Origin: an uncultured Gemmatimonadales bacterium
Lineage (GTDB): Bacteria > Gemmatimonadota > Gemmatimonadetes > Gemmatimonadales > Gemmatimonadaceae
DNA length: 64,000 nucleotides
Direction: 5' to 3'
Assembly: GCA_963851265.1 (NCBI GenBank)
Contig: CAWKNZ010000002.1
Span: 960,001-1,024,000, forward strand
A model generated the notes under the pieces. It saw only the letters and a list, made by a program, of their open reading frames with translations, was not told the DNA's origin and ran no database searches. This document shows, in pieces, positions 32,484 through 43,588 of the stretch; the first letter of the stretch is position 1; every line of letters begins with the position of its first letter. Made by a program: the position numbers and the translations under genes.

Positions 32484-33206
32484 ATGCACCAGTCCTGGGA
32501 ATGGATCAAAACCGTTTACCTGCGGATCATTGATCCACTCGCGGCCTGGCTCGTGCGGCACCGCGTCGGTCCGAACACGATCACGACGATCGGGACGCTC
32601 ACGTACATCGTCGGCGGCGCGATCTACGCGAGCGGGCACATCCGGACCGCGGGCTGGTGGGTGGGCCTCACGGCGATGTTCGACGTCCTCGACGGTAAGG
32701 TCGCGCGCGCGAGCGGCCGCAGCACGGTGTTCGGCGCGTTCTACGATTCGACGCTCGACCGCGTCGCGGACGGTGCCGTGCTCGGAGGACTTGCCGTGTT
32801 CTTCGCCCGCAACAGCACGCTGCACGAGTTGCCGCACTGGGCCGGCACGCCGATGGTCACGGTCACCATCCTCGGGATCATCGGAACGTTTCTCACGTCA
32901 TACACCCGGGCCCGCGCGGAATCGCTCGGTCTGGACGCGAAGGTCGGCCTCATGCAGCGGCCGGAGCGCGTCGTGCTCCTGTCCGCGCCGCAGGCGTTCT
33001 TCGGGCTGGCGCTGGACGGCTACGTGCTGATGGGCATCGTCGCGCTCCTGTGCGTCACGGCGTGGATCACGGCCGTACAGCGGGTGGCGTACGTTCACCG
33101 GGTGACGCGCGCGATCGACCGCGCGGTCGCCGCGGGAGAGCCGTCGCCGGTGCCCGTACCGCCGGCGCTCGCGGTCGCGCCGCGCGGTCCCGGGCAGCGG
33201 GCGTGA
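32484..33206 (+). CDS. CDP-alcohol phosphatidyltransferase (PIP-synthase-like)
   Basis: PNTIT, DVLDGKVAR..FGAFYDSTLDRVAD signature, SYTRARAESLG, QRPER; adjacent to ino1. Confidence 0.88.
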   Translation: MHQSWEWIKTVYLRIIDPLAAWLVRHRVGPNTITTIGTLTYIVGGAIYASGHIRTAGWWVGLTAMFDVLDGKVARASGRSTVFGAFYDSTLDRVADGAVLGGLAVFFARNSTLHELPHWAGTPMVTVTILGIIGTFLTSYTRARAESLGLDAKVGLMQRPERVVLLSAPQAFFGLALDGYVLMGIVALLCVTAWITAVQRVAYVHRVTRAIDRAVAAGEPSPVPVPPALAVAPRGPGQRA

Positions 33207-33275
33207 TCGACCGCTGCACCTGACGGACGACCGCCGACGCATCTACTTCTCCACACTTTCGCCGGTTCTCATACA

Positions 33276-34602
<1,327 letters not shown>

Positions 34603-34625
<23 letters not shown>

Positions 34626-35064
34626 GCGCCGCGCGGCGGCGCTCGCCCTCGGCGCCGTCACGGTGTTAGGCGCCGCGGCCGCCTGCGGTCCCTCGGGGCC
34701 GCCGGCGCTCCGCGCGTGGACGGACGCGTACGAGTTCCGCATCACCGCGGACCCGTCGCCGCCGCACGCGCGCGAGGCGACGCTCTACCACATCGTCGTG
34801 CTCGACAAGAAGTCGCACCAGGTGATCGACCGCGGCGAGGGCCAGATCTTCGCCACCAGCCAGGACCACGCGAACGTGTACGACTCGTTCACCCCCGCCC
34901 CGGAAGCGGGGACGTACACGGCGCGCCTGAACTTCATCACCGCCGGCGACTGGCACGAGGCCGTCCGGTTCCGCCGCGACTCGACCGCGAAGCTCGAGAA
35001 GACCGACGACTGGGTGCAGACCGTCTACGGCGCGCGCCCGATCGGCGAGCGCCCGATCCAGTAG
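34603..35064 (+). CDS. Hypothetical lipoprotein, possible YtkA/FixH-like Ig fold
   Basis: Lipobox-like AAAC; GTYTARLNFITAGDW motif; overlaps ino1 end by 23 nt. Confidence 0.6.
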
Positions 35065-35101
35065 GCCGGCACCACCGACCCGCCAATTTCGTTTCAGCGT
35101 C

Positions 35102-35395
35102 ATGCGCCATTTCCACCGCACGAGCGGGCCGCCGGACGGCGTTCTTCGGAACGCCGACGCGTTCTTTGCGGCGCTCGGCCTGTCCGCCACGAACGTCGCA
35201 CCGCGCGGTCGCGACTACGCCGGCCCACTCGGCGCGATGCGCATCGCGGTGCGGATGGAGGGCGGACACTACACGCTGGTCGAGGTCTACACCGACCAGA
35301 TGGGGGAGAGCCGGCTCGACAAGAACGTGAAGAAGTTCTTCGTCTCGCTCCACCGCGCTGCGGACGCGCGGCACGCGCTCAAGTCGGGCTTCTGA
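35102..35395 (+). CDS. Hypothetical protein
   Basis: 97 aa, normal amino-acid composition, fits co-directional gap. Confidence 0.65.
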   Translation: MRHFHRTSGPPDGVLRNADAFFAALGLSATNVAPRGRDYAGPLGAMRIAVRMEGGHYTLVEVYTDQMGESRLDKNVKKFFVSLHRAADARHALKSGF

Positions 35396-35403
35396 CCGGG
35401 CCC

Positions 35404-36600
35404 GTGGCGACGCGTACCCGACCGCGCGCGGCCCGACGCGCGCAGACCGACGAGGCAGTGCCCGCGCCGGCGGCCGAGCCGTCCGCGGCGCTCTCGCGCG
35501 CGCAGCTGGTCGAGCTGTATTACTGGATGCGCCTCACGCGCACGCTCGAGGAGCGGCTCGTGGCCCTCTACCGCCAGACCAAAGTCGTCGGCGGGCTATT
35601 CCGCTCGTTGGGCCAGGAAGCCGACGCCGTGGGCAGCTGCTTCGCGCTCGAGCGGCGTGACATCATGTCGCCGCTCATACGCAATCTCGGCGCGATGCTC
35701 GTCAAGGGCGCGACGCCGGTCGAGGTACTCAAGCAGTACATGGCGAAGGCCGACTCGCCGACGCGCGGGCGTGAGCTGAACATCCACTTCGGCGACCTCG
35801 AGCGCGGGTTCGTCGGCCAGATCTCGCCGCTCGGCGACATGGTCCCCGTCATGGCCGGGGTCACGCTCAGCTTCAAGGTTCGGGGCGAGCCGCGCGTGGG
35901 GCTCGTCTACGTGGGCGACGGCGCGACGTCGACGGGCGCGTTCCACGAAGGGATCAACTTCGCGGCCGTGCAGGGCTGCCCGCTCGTCGTGATCGTCGAG
36001 AACAACGGGTATGCCTACTCCACGCCGACGAACAAGCAGACGCGGGCCGAGCGCTTCGTCGACAAAGCCGTCGGCTACGGCGTGCCAGGTGAGCGCGCCG
36101 ACGGCAACGACGTACTCGCCGTCTACTCCGCGACGAAACGCGCGGTCGACCGGGCGCGCGCCGGCGGTGGCGTTACGCTCGTCGAGCTCCTGACGTACCG
36201 CCGCAAGGGGCACGCCGAACACGACAACCAGAGCTACGTCCCGGCGGGGGAGATCGAGCGCTGGGCCGCGGACAACGATCCGATCGATCGCTACCGCGTC
36301 CGACTCACCGGCGAATTCGGGTTCGCGCCGACCGTGGTCGACGACGTGGACGCGCGCGTCCGCGTCGAGGTGGACGCCGCGACCGAGGTGGCCGAGGCCT
36401 CGCCATTTCCCGAGGCGCTCGACTGCCTGACCGGCATCTACGCCGAGCCCGCGGCCGAGCGACCGCTCTGGTTTCGCGAGGGTGTCGAGCGCGCGGTGGA
36501 ACGCAACGAGCGCGCGGACGGCTGGGGCACCTACGCGGGCGCACCGGCGGTCACCAACGGCCGCGCGCCGGAAACGCGCGTCGCGGCCGGCAACGATTGA
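35404..36600 (+). CDS. 2-oxoacid dehydrogenase E1 alpha (branched-chain or pyruvate)
   Basis: TPP motif GDGATSTGAFHEG..ENNGYAYST; YRRKGHAEHD. Confidence 0.92.
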   Translation: MATRTRPRAARRAQTDEAVPAPAAEPSAALSRAQLVELYYWMRLTRTLEERLVALYRQTKVVGGLFRSLGQEADAVGSCFALERRDIMSPLIRNLGAMLVKGATPVEVLKQYMAKADSPTRGRELNIHFGDLERGFVGQISPLGDMVPVMAGVTLSFKVRGEPRVGLVYVGDGATSTGAFHEGINFAAVQGCPLVVIVENNGYAYSTPTNKQTRAERFVDKAVGYGVPGERADGNDVLAVYSATKRAVDRARAGGGVTLVELLTYRRKGHAEHDNQSYVPAGEIERWAADNDPIDRYRVRLTGEFGFAPTVVDDVDARVRVEVDAATEVAEASPFPEALDCLTGIYAEPAAERPLWFREGVERAVERNERADGWGTYAGAPAVTNGRAPETRVAAGND

Positions 36601-37589
36601 TGTCAGCGCCCGCCGCCGAGATCACGTACCTCGAAGCGATCCGCGAGGCCCTGTTCGAGGAGATGGCGCGCGACGCCGACGTGCTCTGCTTGGGTGAGGA
36701 TATCGGGGCGTTCGGCGGCGCGTTCAAGGTCACCGAGGGCCTCCTCGCGCGATTCGGGGAATCGCGCGTGATCGACACGCCGATTTCGGAAATCGGCATC
36801 GTCGGCGCGGCCGCGGGCGCGGCGCACATGGGGATGCGTCCCGTGGTGGAGATGCAGTTCATCGACTTCATCGCCAACGCGTACGACATGCTCACCAACT
36901 ACGTCGCGACGGCACGCTACCGTGCGTTCCTGCCGTGCCCGATGGTGGTCCGCGGACCGAGCGGCGGGTACGTGCGCGGCGGCCCGTTCCATTCGCAGAA
37001 TCCGGAGGCGGGGTTCGTCCACACGCCCGGACTCAAGGTCGTCTATCCAGCGACCGCGGAAGACGCAAAGGGGCTGATGAAGGCGGCAATTCGCGACGAC
37101 GACTGCGTGCTGTTTTTCGAGCACAAGTACCTGTACCGTCGCGTCAAGGCCGTGATGCCCGCGGGCGATCACGTGGTGCCGATCGGCCGCGCGCGCGTCG
37201 CCCGCGAGGGGACGGACCTCTCGATCATCACCTACGCGGCGACGGTGTGGAAGGCCCTCGACGCGGCCGAGCAGCTGGAGCGCGAGGACGGGCTGTCGAT
37301 CGAGGTGCTTGATCTACGCACGCTTGCGCCGCTCGACGACGCAGCGATCCAGGCGACGGTGCGGAAGACGAACCGCGTGCTCGTGGTGCACGAGGACACG
37401 CGCACCGGCGGACTCGCGGGCGAGATCACGGCGCGCATCAGCGAGACGTGCTTCGAGTGGCTCGACGCGCCGGTGCTGCGCGTGACCGCGCACGACGTGC
37501 CGCTCCCGTACGCGCCGGCGCTCGAGGACTTCGTGCTGCCGCAGACCGCCGACCTCGTCCGGGCCGCGCGGCGGCTCGCCGCGTACTGA
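36600..37589 (+). CDS. 2-oxoacid dehydrogenase E1 beta
   Basis: GEDIG..GGAF, DTPISE, EMQFIDF, FHSQ, DLRTLAPLD; TGATG overlap. Confidence 0.93.
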   Translation: MSAPAAEITYLEAIREALFEEMARDADVLCLGEDIGAFGGAFKVTEGLLARFGESRVIDTPISEIGIVGAAAGAAHMGMRPVVEMQFIDFIANAYDMLTNYVATARYRAFLPCPMVVRGPSGGYVRGGPFHSQNPEAGFVHTPGLKVVYPATAEDAKGLMKAAIRDDDCVLFFEHKYLYRRVKAVMPAGDHVVPIGRARVAREGTDLSIITYAATVWKALDAAEQLEREDGLSIEVLDLRTLAPLDDAAIQATVRKTNRVLVVHEDTRTGGLAGEITARISETCFEWLDAPVLRVTAHDVPLPYAPALEDFVLPQTADLVRAARRLAAY

Positions 37590-37596
37590 GCGGCGC

Positions 37597-37896
37597 ATGG
37601 CCCGAAACCCCGATGTGAAGCGCAACGCGGCAATCGGCTGCTTCGTCACGCCGTTAGGCTTCTTCAGCGGCGCGATGATCGGCGTCCTGCTCTCGATGGT
37701 CGCGGCGTACTTCACCCGCGCCCCAGGCTGCTCGGAGCTGCCCAGCTGCAACTGGTACGTGTACGCCGGCTACGGCGGGCTACTCGGCGCGGTTTCGCTC
37801 CCGTTCCTCGTGCTGCGGCAGCTGCTGCGGCCACCCGCCGACCCGTCGCGACGCGACGAGCCCGCGTCGGCCCCCGACGCCAACTCGTCGTTCTGA
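37597..37896 (+). CDS. Small two-TM membrane protein
   Basis: Two hydrophobic segments flanking a CSELPSC loop. Confidence 0.65.
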   Translation: MARNPDVKRNAAIGCFVTPLGFFSGAMIGVLLSMVAAYFTRAPGCSELPSCNWYVYAGYGGLLGAVSLPFLVLRQLLRPPADPSRRDEPASAPDANSSF

Positions 37897-37938
37897 CCGC
37901 GCGGCGGCCGTTCGACTCCCTTACGTGAGGTTCCCGCA

Positions 37939-39381
37939 GTGGCACGCATAGACGTCATCATGCCCCAGATGGGCGAGTCGATCGCCGAGGGCACGCTCTC
38001 CCGGTGGCTCAAGAAGGTCGGCGACGAGGTGAAGCGCGACGAGGCGATGTTCGAGATCTCGACCGACAAGGTCGACGCCGAGATCCCGTCACCCTCGGCG
38101 GGGATCCTCGCCGAAGTGAGCGTGATCGAAGGGCAGACGGTCGCCGTCGGGACGGTCGTCGCGCGGATCGAGAGCGACAAGGCGGCGTACGTTCCGGGCG
38201 GGGCGGCGCCCGCTGCCGTGGGCGCCGCGGGCGCGGGGCTCGCGGCGACACCGGCCGCGGCGAGCGCGGACGCGGGCGCCGGCGGAGCCGCGGTGTGGAG
38301 CGGCGTCCCGGACGCAGCGGCGCCAGCATCAAACGGGAATTCGTTCGAGGACCGCGTGCGCACCAAGAGTTCGCCGCTGGTACGCAAGATGGCCGCGGAG
38401 CACGGAATCGAGCTCGGGGGGCTTCAGGGCACCGGTATCGCCGGGCGCGTGACGAAGCGCGACCTCGTCGGCCTGCTGGAGAGCGGCGCGGCGATGACGA
38501 CGGCGGCGCCCGGAACCTCGCCGGCAGCGGCCTCGGCAGCGCCCGAGGTGCCGGCGCAAGCCGCCGTCGCGAGCGCCGCGGTCACCGGCAAGGGCGCGAA
38601 CGGCGCCGCGGTACCGGCTGGCGCCGGCGCGCTCGCCGGAGACCTGCACGCGCCCGCGGTCGAATCGATGCCGGGCGACGTGGTCGAGCCGATGAGCCGC
38701 ATCCGCCAGCTCACCGCGGAGCACATGGTGCTCTCGCGCCGCTGGAACGCGCACGTCACGAGCTTCTTCGAGGTCGATCTGACCCGTGTCGCCCGCATCC
38801 GCGCCAAGCAGCGCAACGAGTTCGAACGGGCGACGGGCGAGAAGCTCACCTTCCTGCCGTTCATCATCAAGGCGGTCGTCGACGGTCTCAAGCAGTTCCC
38901 GACGATGAACGCCGCCGTGCGCGGCAACGAGATCGTGCTTCGCAAGCAGTACAACGTCGGCATCGCCGTGGCGCTCGACTGGGGGCTGATCGTGCCGGTG
39001 ATCAAGAACGCCGACGATCTCTCGCTCACCGGACTCACGCGCAACCTCAACGACCTCGCGAACCGGGCGCGGTCGAAGAAGCTGCAGCCGAACGAGGTGC
39101 AGGGCGCGACGTTCACGATCACCAATCCGGGCGTGTTCGGCTCCCTCATGGGCACGCCAATCATCCCAGTGCCCACGTCGGGAATCATGGGCGTCGGTGC
39201 GATCGAGAAGCGCCCGAAGGTCATCACCGGCCCGGATGGCGAGGACACGATCGCGGTGCGCACGTGCAGCTACTTCTCCAACTCGTTCGACCACCGGATC
39301 GTCGACGGCGCGGACGCCGACAAGTTCATGGCGTACGTGAAGAAGTCGCTCGAGACGTTCCCCGAAACCGGTCTCTTCTAG
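37939..39381 (+). CDS. Dihydrolipoamide acyltransferase E2
   Basis: Lipoyl domain (STDKVD), E3-binding SPLVRKMA..GTGIAGRVTK, catalytic DHRIVDG. Confidence 0.94.
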   Translation: MARIDVIMPQMGESIAEGTLSRWLKKVGDEVKRDEAMFEISTDKVDAEIPSPSAGILAEVSVIEGQTVAVGTVVARIESDKAAYVPGGAAPAAVGAAGAGLAATPAAASADAGAGGAAVWSGVPDAAAPASNGNSFEDRVRTKSSPLVRKMAAEHGIELGGLQGTGIAGRVTKRDLVGLLESGAAMTTAAPGTSPAAASAAPEVPAQAAVASAAVTGKGANGAAVPAGAGALAGDLHAPAVESMPGDVVEPMSRIRQLTAEHMVLSRRWNAHVTSFFEVDLTRVARIRAKQRNEFERATGEKLTFLPFIIKAVVDGLKQFPTMNAAVRGNEIVLRKQYNVGIAVALDWGLIVPVIKNADDLSLTGLTRNLNDLANRARSKKLQPNEVQGATFTITNPGVFGSLMGTPIIPVPTSGIMGVGAIEKRPKVITGPDGEDTIAVRTCSYFSNSFDHRIVDGADADKFMAYVKKSLETFPETGLF

Positions 39382-39399
39382 GCTCCGAGGGCGCTGCGA

Positions 39400-39729
39400 A
39401 TGCCGATCCGCACGATCACCGTGGGCGGGCGCGCCTGGCGCGTCCTGCCGTCCGGCTTCACGACCGCCAACGGCGACGACGAGCACGGCGTCCTGTTCAT
39501 CAACGGCGAGGGCGAGGCGCGCGAGGTGCGCGTGAGTCGCTTCTCGCCACAGGGCGTCCGCTCGCGCGAGCGCGCGCTCGCGGGGCTGAGCGACGCGTAC
39601 CTCGCGCAACTCCTGGCCGAGTCGCAGCCGAGCGCGACGGCTCCGGAGACGGGCTACCGCAAGAGTCCGCCGAATTCCGCCGCAGGCTCCACGCCGGGCG
39701 CCCCGCCCGGGACTCCGCCGCGCACGTGA
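39400..39729 (+). CDS. Hypothetical protein
   Basis: 109 aa; stop overlaps next GTG start. Confidence 0.6.
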   Translation: MPIRTITVGGRAWRVLPSGFTTANGDDEHGVLFINGEGEAREVRVSRFSPQGVRSRERALAGLSDAYLAQLLAESQPSATAPETGYRKSPPNSAAGSTPGAPPGTPPRT

Positions 39730-40616
39730 GCGACGCGTCTCCTTCCGCGGCCGACGCCGCGGCGCCGGTCGACGACGTCGCGGGCACGGTCGACCTGCAT
39801 ACGCACTCGACCGCGTCCGACGGCGTGCTCCCGCCGGAGGCTGTGGTGTCCGCCGCGCACGCGGCGGGACTCGCCGCGATGGCGCTCACCGACCACGACT
39901 CGGTCGCCGGGGTCGCCGAGGCGCGCGCGGCCGGTGCGCGGCTCGGCGTCGACGTGGTCGCCGGGGTGGAGCTGTCCGCGCACCTCGGCGGCGACGAAAT
40001 CCATCTGCTCGCGCTGCATCTGTCCGACGTGAGCACGATCGCCGGCGAGCTCGCGCGCTTCCGTGACGACCGCGTCTCGCGCGCCGAACGAATGGTCGCG
40101 CGGCTCAACACCCTGGGCGTCCCCGTCACGATGGACGACGTGCTGCGGGAAGCGGGCAACGGCGCGGTCGGTCGCCCGCACGTCGCGCGCGCGGTGGTCG
40201 CGCGCGGCGGCGCGCTTGATGTGCGCGACGCGTTCGACCGATTCCTCGGGGACGGCCGCCCTGCGGCGGTCGAGAAACCCCGCCTGGACGTGCGCGACGC
40301 AATCGCACTCGCTCACGCCGCGGGGGGGATCGCGGTATGGGCGCACCCCGGCTCGGCCGGCCGCCGTGATCGCGTCGAGCCGCTGGTCGCCGCCGGGCTG
40401 GACGGGCTCGAGGTGCTCCACCCGCGGCACTCCGGTGAGGATCGGCTGCGCCTCAACGCACTCGTCGACTTCTTCGGCCTGGTCACCTCGGGTGGTTCCG
40501 ACTGGCACGGGCCGACGGACTCGTGGCGCACGCTCGGCATGATGCGCGTGCAGCCGTCGGTGCTCGAGGCACAGCGCGAGCGGGTCGCCCGGCGCACGAC
40601 GGCGCGCGCCGCCTAA
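39726..40616 (+). CDS. PHP-domain phosphoesterase (YciV/TrpH-like)
   Basis: DLHTHSTASDG, LTDHD, GVELS, GRPH, AHP, GGSDWHG. Confidence 0.9.
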   Translation: MSDASPSAADAAAPVDDVAGTVDLHTHSTASDGVLPPEAVVSAAHAAGLAAMALTDHDSVAGVAEARAAGARLGVDVVAGVELSAHLGGDEIHLLALHLSDVSTIAGELARFRDDRVSRAERMVARLNTLGVPVTMDDVLREAGNGAVGRPHVARAVVARGGALDVRDAFDRFLGDGRPAAVEKPRLDVRDAIALAHAAGGIAVWAHPGSAGRRDRVEPLVAAGLDGLEVLHPRHSGEDRLRLNALVDFFGLVTSGGSDWHGPTDSWRTLGMMRVQPSVLEAQRERVARRTTARAA

Positions 40617-40633
40617 CGGTCGCACACCCGCAC

Positions 40634-41362
40634 ATGGAACTGGCCGGACGGGTCGCGCTGGTCACCGGGGCCGGCCATCGCGTCGGCCGCGCACTTGCCG
40701 TCGCGCTCGGCGCGCGCGCGATGCGGGTGGCCGTCCACTACCGGAGCGATCCCGTCGAGGCCGCCGAAACGTGTCGCCTGGTCGAAGCGGCGGGCGGTCG
40801 CGCGGAGCCGTTTTCGGGCGACCTCGCCGAGCCGGCCGTACCGGGAACGCTGATCGCGGCCGTCGTCTCGCACTTCGGCGCTCTCGACGTGCTCGTCAAC
40901 TCGGCCGGTGTGATGGAGCGAACGCCCGTGGGAGAGGTCACGCCCGCGGCGTGGGACGCAATGTTCGCCGTGAACCTGCGCGCGCCGTTCTTCTGCGCGC
41001 AGGCCGCCGCGGCCGTGATGCCCGACGGCGGCGCGATCGTGAACATCGCCGATCTCGCGGCGCTCGAGACGTGGCCCGCGTACGTGCCGCACGGTATCAG
41101 CAAGGCCGGCGTGGTGCAGATGACGCGCGGACTCGCACGCGCACTCGCGCCGCGAATCCGGGTGAACGCCATCGCCCCTGGTACCGTCCTCCTCCCGGCG
41201 GGATGGGACGAGTCGAGCGGCGAGCGGCTGCGCGACACGACCCCGCTCCAGCGCAACGGCACCCCCGACGATGTCGCGCGCGCGATGCTCTACCTGCTCG
41301 ACGCCGACTTCGTGACCGGCGACCTGCTCGTCGTCGACGGCGGGCGGCACGTTCGCGTGTAA
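40634..41362 (+). CDS. SDR oxidoreductase, pteridine reductase/FolM-like
   Basis: TGAGHRVG (TGxxxRxG), VHYR, RVNAIAPG, VDGGR. Confidence 0.82.
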   Translation: MELAGRVALVTGAGHRVGRALAVALGARAMRVAVHYRSDPVEAAETCRLVEAAGGRAEPFSGDLAEPAVPGTLIAAVVSHFGALDVLVNSAGVMERTPVGEVTPAAWDAMFAVNLRAPFFCAQAAAAVMPDGGAIVNIADLAALETWPAYVPHGISKAGVVQMTRGLARALAPRIRVNAIAPGTVLLPAGWDESSGERLRDTTPLQRNGTPDDVARAMLYLLDADFVTGDLLVVDGGRHVRV

Positions 41363-41570
41363 CGCAGCCCGCGTTCGAGTGGGCGGTGTCCAGCCGCGCG
41401 AGAACTGATTCGTAACGGATGCGTCAGTGCGGATGACGCCGCATCAAGAGCGCTGGCGCGAGCGCCGCAGACGGCGCATCTTCGCGCGCACGTGACGTTC
41501 CGGGCGGCTCGTGGCTCCGGTGGCCTACGCCGCCGGTCAGCCGTTTCTCAACCGTCGAGAGGGTTCAACG

Positions 41571-42338
41571 ATGGCAGGCTCCACGCCCATGCGGATGTGC
41601 GCGACCGTCGCATTGCTGATTGCGGGCTCCGCGGCGACGGCACGCGCCCAGGAGTATGAGCTGATCATGCAGGGCGCGCTGGACGGACGCTCGGGGATCA
41701 TGTCGGGCGGCACGATGACGCCGCTCTCGGGTTCGACGGAGTTCACGATCGAGGCGTTCTTCGATCGCGCGGGCCGGAACCTCGTCGCACCGGTCGGCAT
41801 GCCCGGGTTCGTCGCGTACACGCCCAGCTCGATCTTCCTAACGATGGGCGGTCGCACGTACACGGTCGACGCCTACGACGCGACGCATCCGACAGGCTTC
41901 TCGGTCGCGGTCTTCGACGGCACCACGCCGTTCGGGCCGCCCGGCCACTACGCCGTTGGAGTGATTCAGAATCCCCTCGCCGACGGGGCGGGGATCGTAG
42001 CAGACTACGTCGGCGCGTCGCCCGCGTTCATTCTCGGGTCGACCGGGGTGGTCCCGGCGACCTTCACCGGGTACTTCGGCGTCGGACTGCAGAGCGGCGT
42101 GTGCACGCAGGGTTCGGGCGGTAACTGCCAGGAGAACGCGGTCACTCCGGTTCCACTGACGTGGTCGGGCCAGAGCTTCGGCCTCGTCCTCGGCAACTAC
42201 GACGAGGACGCGTCGCCGACGACGCCGACGTACACCGCGAGCATCCAGGCCGTACCCGAGCCGGGTGCCGTCGCCCTCGTCGCTGCCGGGCTGCCCGCGG
42301 TGATCATGCTGGCGCGGCGGCGGTCACGGCGCGGCTGA
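41571..42338 (+). CDS. PEP-CTERM sorting-signal surface protein
   Basis: Signal peptide ending ARA-Q; C-terminal VPEP + TM + RRRSRR. Confidence 0.85.
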   Translation: MAGSTPMRMCATVALLIAGSAATARAQEYELIMQGALDGRSGIMSGGTMTPLSGSTEFTIEAFFDRAGRNLVAPVGMPGFVAYTPSSIFLTMGGRTYTVDAYDATHPTGFSVAVFDGTTPFGPPGHYAVGVIQNPLADGAGIVADYVGASPAFILGSTGVVPATFTGYFGVGLQSGVCTQGSGGNCQENAVTPVPLTWSGQSFGLVLGNYDEDASPTTPTYTASIQAVPEPGAVALVAAGLPAVIMLARRRSRRG

Positions 42339-42375
42339 GCGGTTCGCGCCGGCGCGACCAGACCGGCGCGTGACG

Positions 42376-42415
42376 GCGCGCGCGGCGGCCCGCATGAGGG
42401 GGCCGCCGCGCGCGC
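42376..42415. terminator. 16-bp GC hairpin after PEP-CTERM gene
   Basis: GCGCGCGCGGCGGCCC-N8-GGGCCGCCGCGCGCGC; no U-tract. Confidence 0.5.
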
Positions 42416-42545
42416 GTGGTCGACTCGATGTCGTGAACTGCTCTCGGCCGCGCGATGGGATCTCCGCGCACTTTCGGGCCTAGATTACGGGCAGCAACGC
42501 GGCCGCCCCGCTGTTACAGCCCGGCCGCCCACGACAGGAGATCCA

Positions 42546-43574
42546 GTGGCGACAACGCACGAGTACGAGGTAGTGGTCGTCGGCGCCGGCCCGGCCGGCA
42601 TGACGGCGGCCATGTACGCCGGCCGCTCCATGCTCAAGAGCGTGATCATCGAGAGTGGCGAGCCCGGCGGCGAGCTGCTCAAGACCGAGGTGATCGAGGA
42701 CTATCCGGGTTTCGAGCACGTGCTCGGCCGCGACCTGGCCGAGAAGTTCGCGAGCCACGCGAAGAAGTTCGGATGCGAGTTCCACGAGTTCACCGACGTG
42801 CTCCACGTGCGGCGGATGGCCGACGGCTCGTTCGAGACGACGGCGCAGAGCAAGATCACTGAGGAACTGCACGTCTATCGGTCACCCACGGTGATCGTCA
42901 CGGCGGGCGGCACGCCCGTGTACCTCAACGTGCCGGGCGAGAGCGAGTACGCGGGGAAGGGCGTCAGCTACTGCGCCATCTGCGACGGCGCGTTCTTCCG
43001 CGGGCAGACGATCGCCGTCGTCGGCGGCGGCGACGCCGCCGTCGAGGAGGCCGATTTCCTCACGCGCTACGCCGAGAAGGTGTACCTCGTGCACCGCCGC
43101 GGGGAGCTGCGCGCCTCGAAGATCCTGCAGCAGCGCCTGTTCGAGAACCCGAAGATCGAGATGGTCTGGAACAAGGCCGTCGACGAGATCGCCGGCGAAC
43201 TTCCCGATGGCGTCAAGTCGCTGCGGCTGCGCGACACGGTCACCGGCGAGAAGAGCACGCTCGACGTCACCGGCGTGTTCATCTTCGTCGGCTTCAAGCC
43301 CAACACGGGCGTGATCGACATGCACTACGATCACGACGAGATGGGCTACGTGAGGACCGACGTGAACATGATGGCGTCGGTACCGGGCCTCTTCGCGGCC
43401 GGCGACCTGCGCTCGCAGCTCGTCCGGCAGGTGACGACGGCGGTCGGCGACGCGACGACCGCGGCGATCGCCGCCGAGAAGTACCTGAAGGCGTTGGAGG
43501 ACACGCACGGCGACACCGAGCAGGCCGCGCACGAGCCGCAGGTCGTCGTCGGCACCGGCGGGTACGCGGTCTGA
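42546..43574 (+). CDS. trxB: Thioredoxin-disulfide reductase
   Basis: GAGPAG, GVSYCAICDG, GGGDAAVEEA, HRR, FAAGD. Confidence 0.95.
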   Translation: MATTHEYEVVVVGAGPAGMTAAMYAGRSMLKSVIIESGEPGGELLKTEVIEDYPGFEHVLGRDLAEKFASHAKKFGCEFHEFTDVLHVRRMADGSFETTAQSKITEELHVYRSPTVIVTAGGTPVYLNVPGESEYAGKGVSYCAICDGAFFRGQTIAVVGGGDAAVEEADFLTRYAEKVYLVHRRGELRASKILQQRLFENPKIEMVWNKAVDEIAGELPDGVKSLRLRDTVTGEKSTLDVTGVFIFVGFKPNTGVIDMHYDHDEMGYVRTDVNMMASVPGLFAAGDLRSQLVRQVTTAVGDATTAAIAAEKYLKALEDTHGDTEQAAHEPQVVVGTGGYAV

Positions 43575-43588
43575 CGGCCCCGGCGACC

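Noticed and set aside
38004..40616. 870-aa ORF suggesting an E2-PHP fusion or frameshift
   Set aside because: PHP domain has its own GTG at 39726 coupled to the preceding stop; upstream part is off-frame to E2
41454..41469. Sigma54 promoter upstream of the PEP-CTERM gene (TGGCGCG-N4-CCGCA)
   Set aside because: GG-N10-GC spacing fits but the -12 TT is missing; likely by chance at this GC
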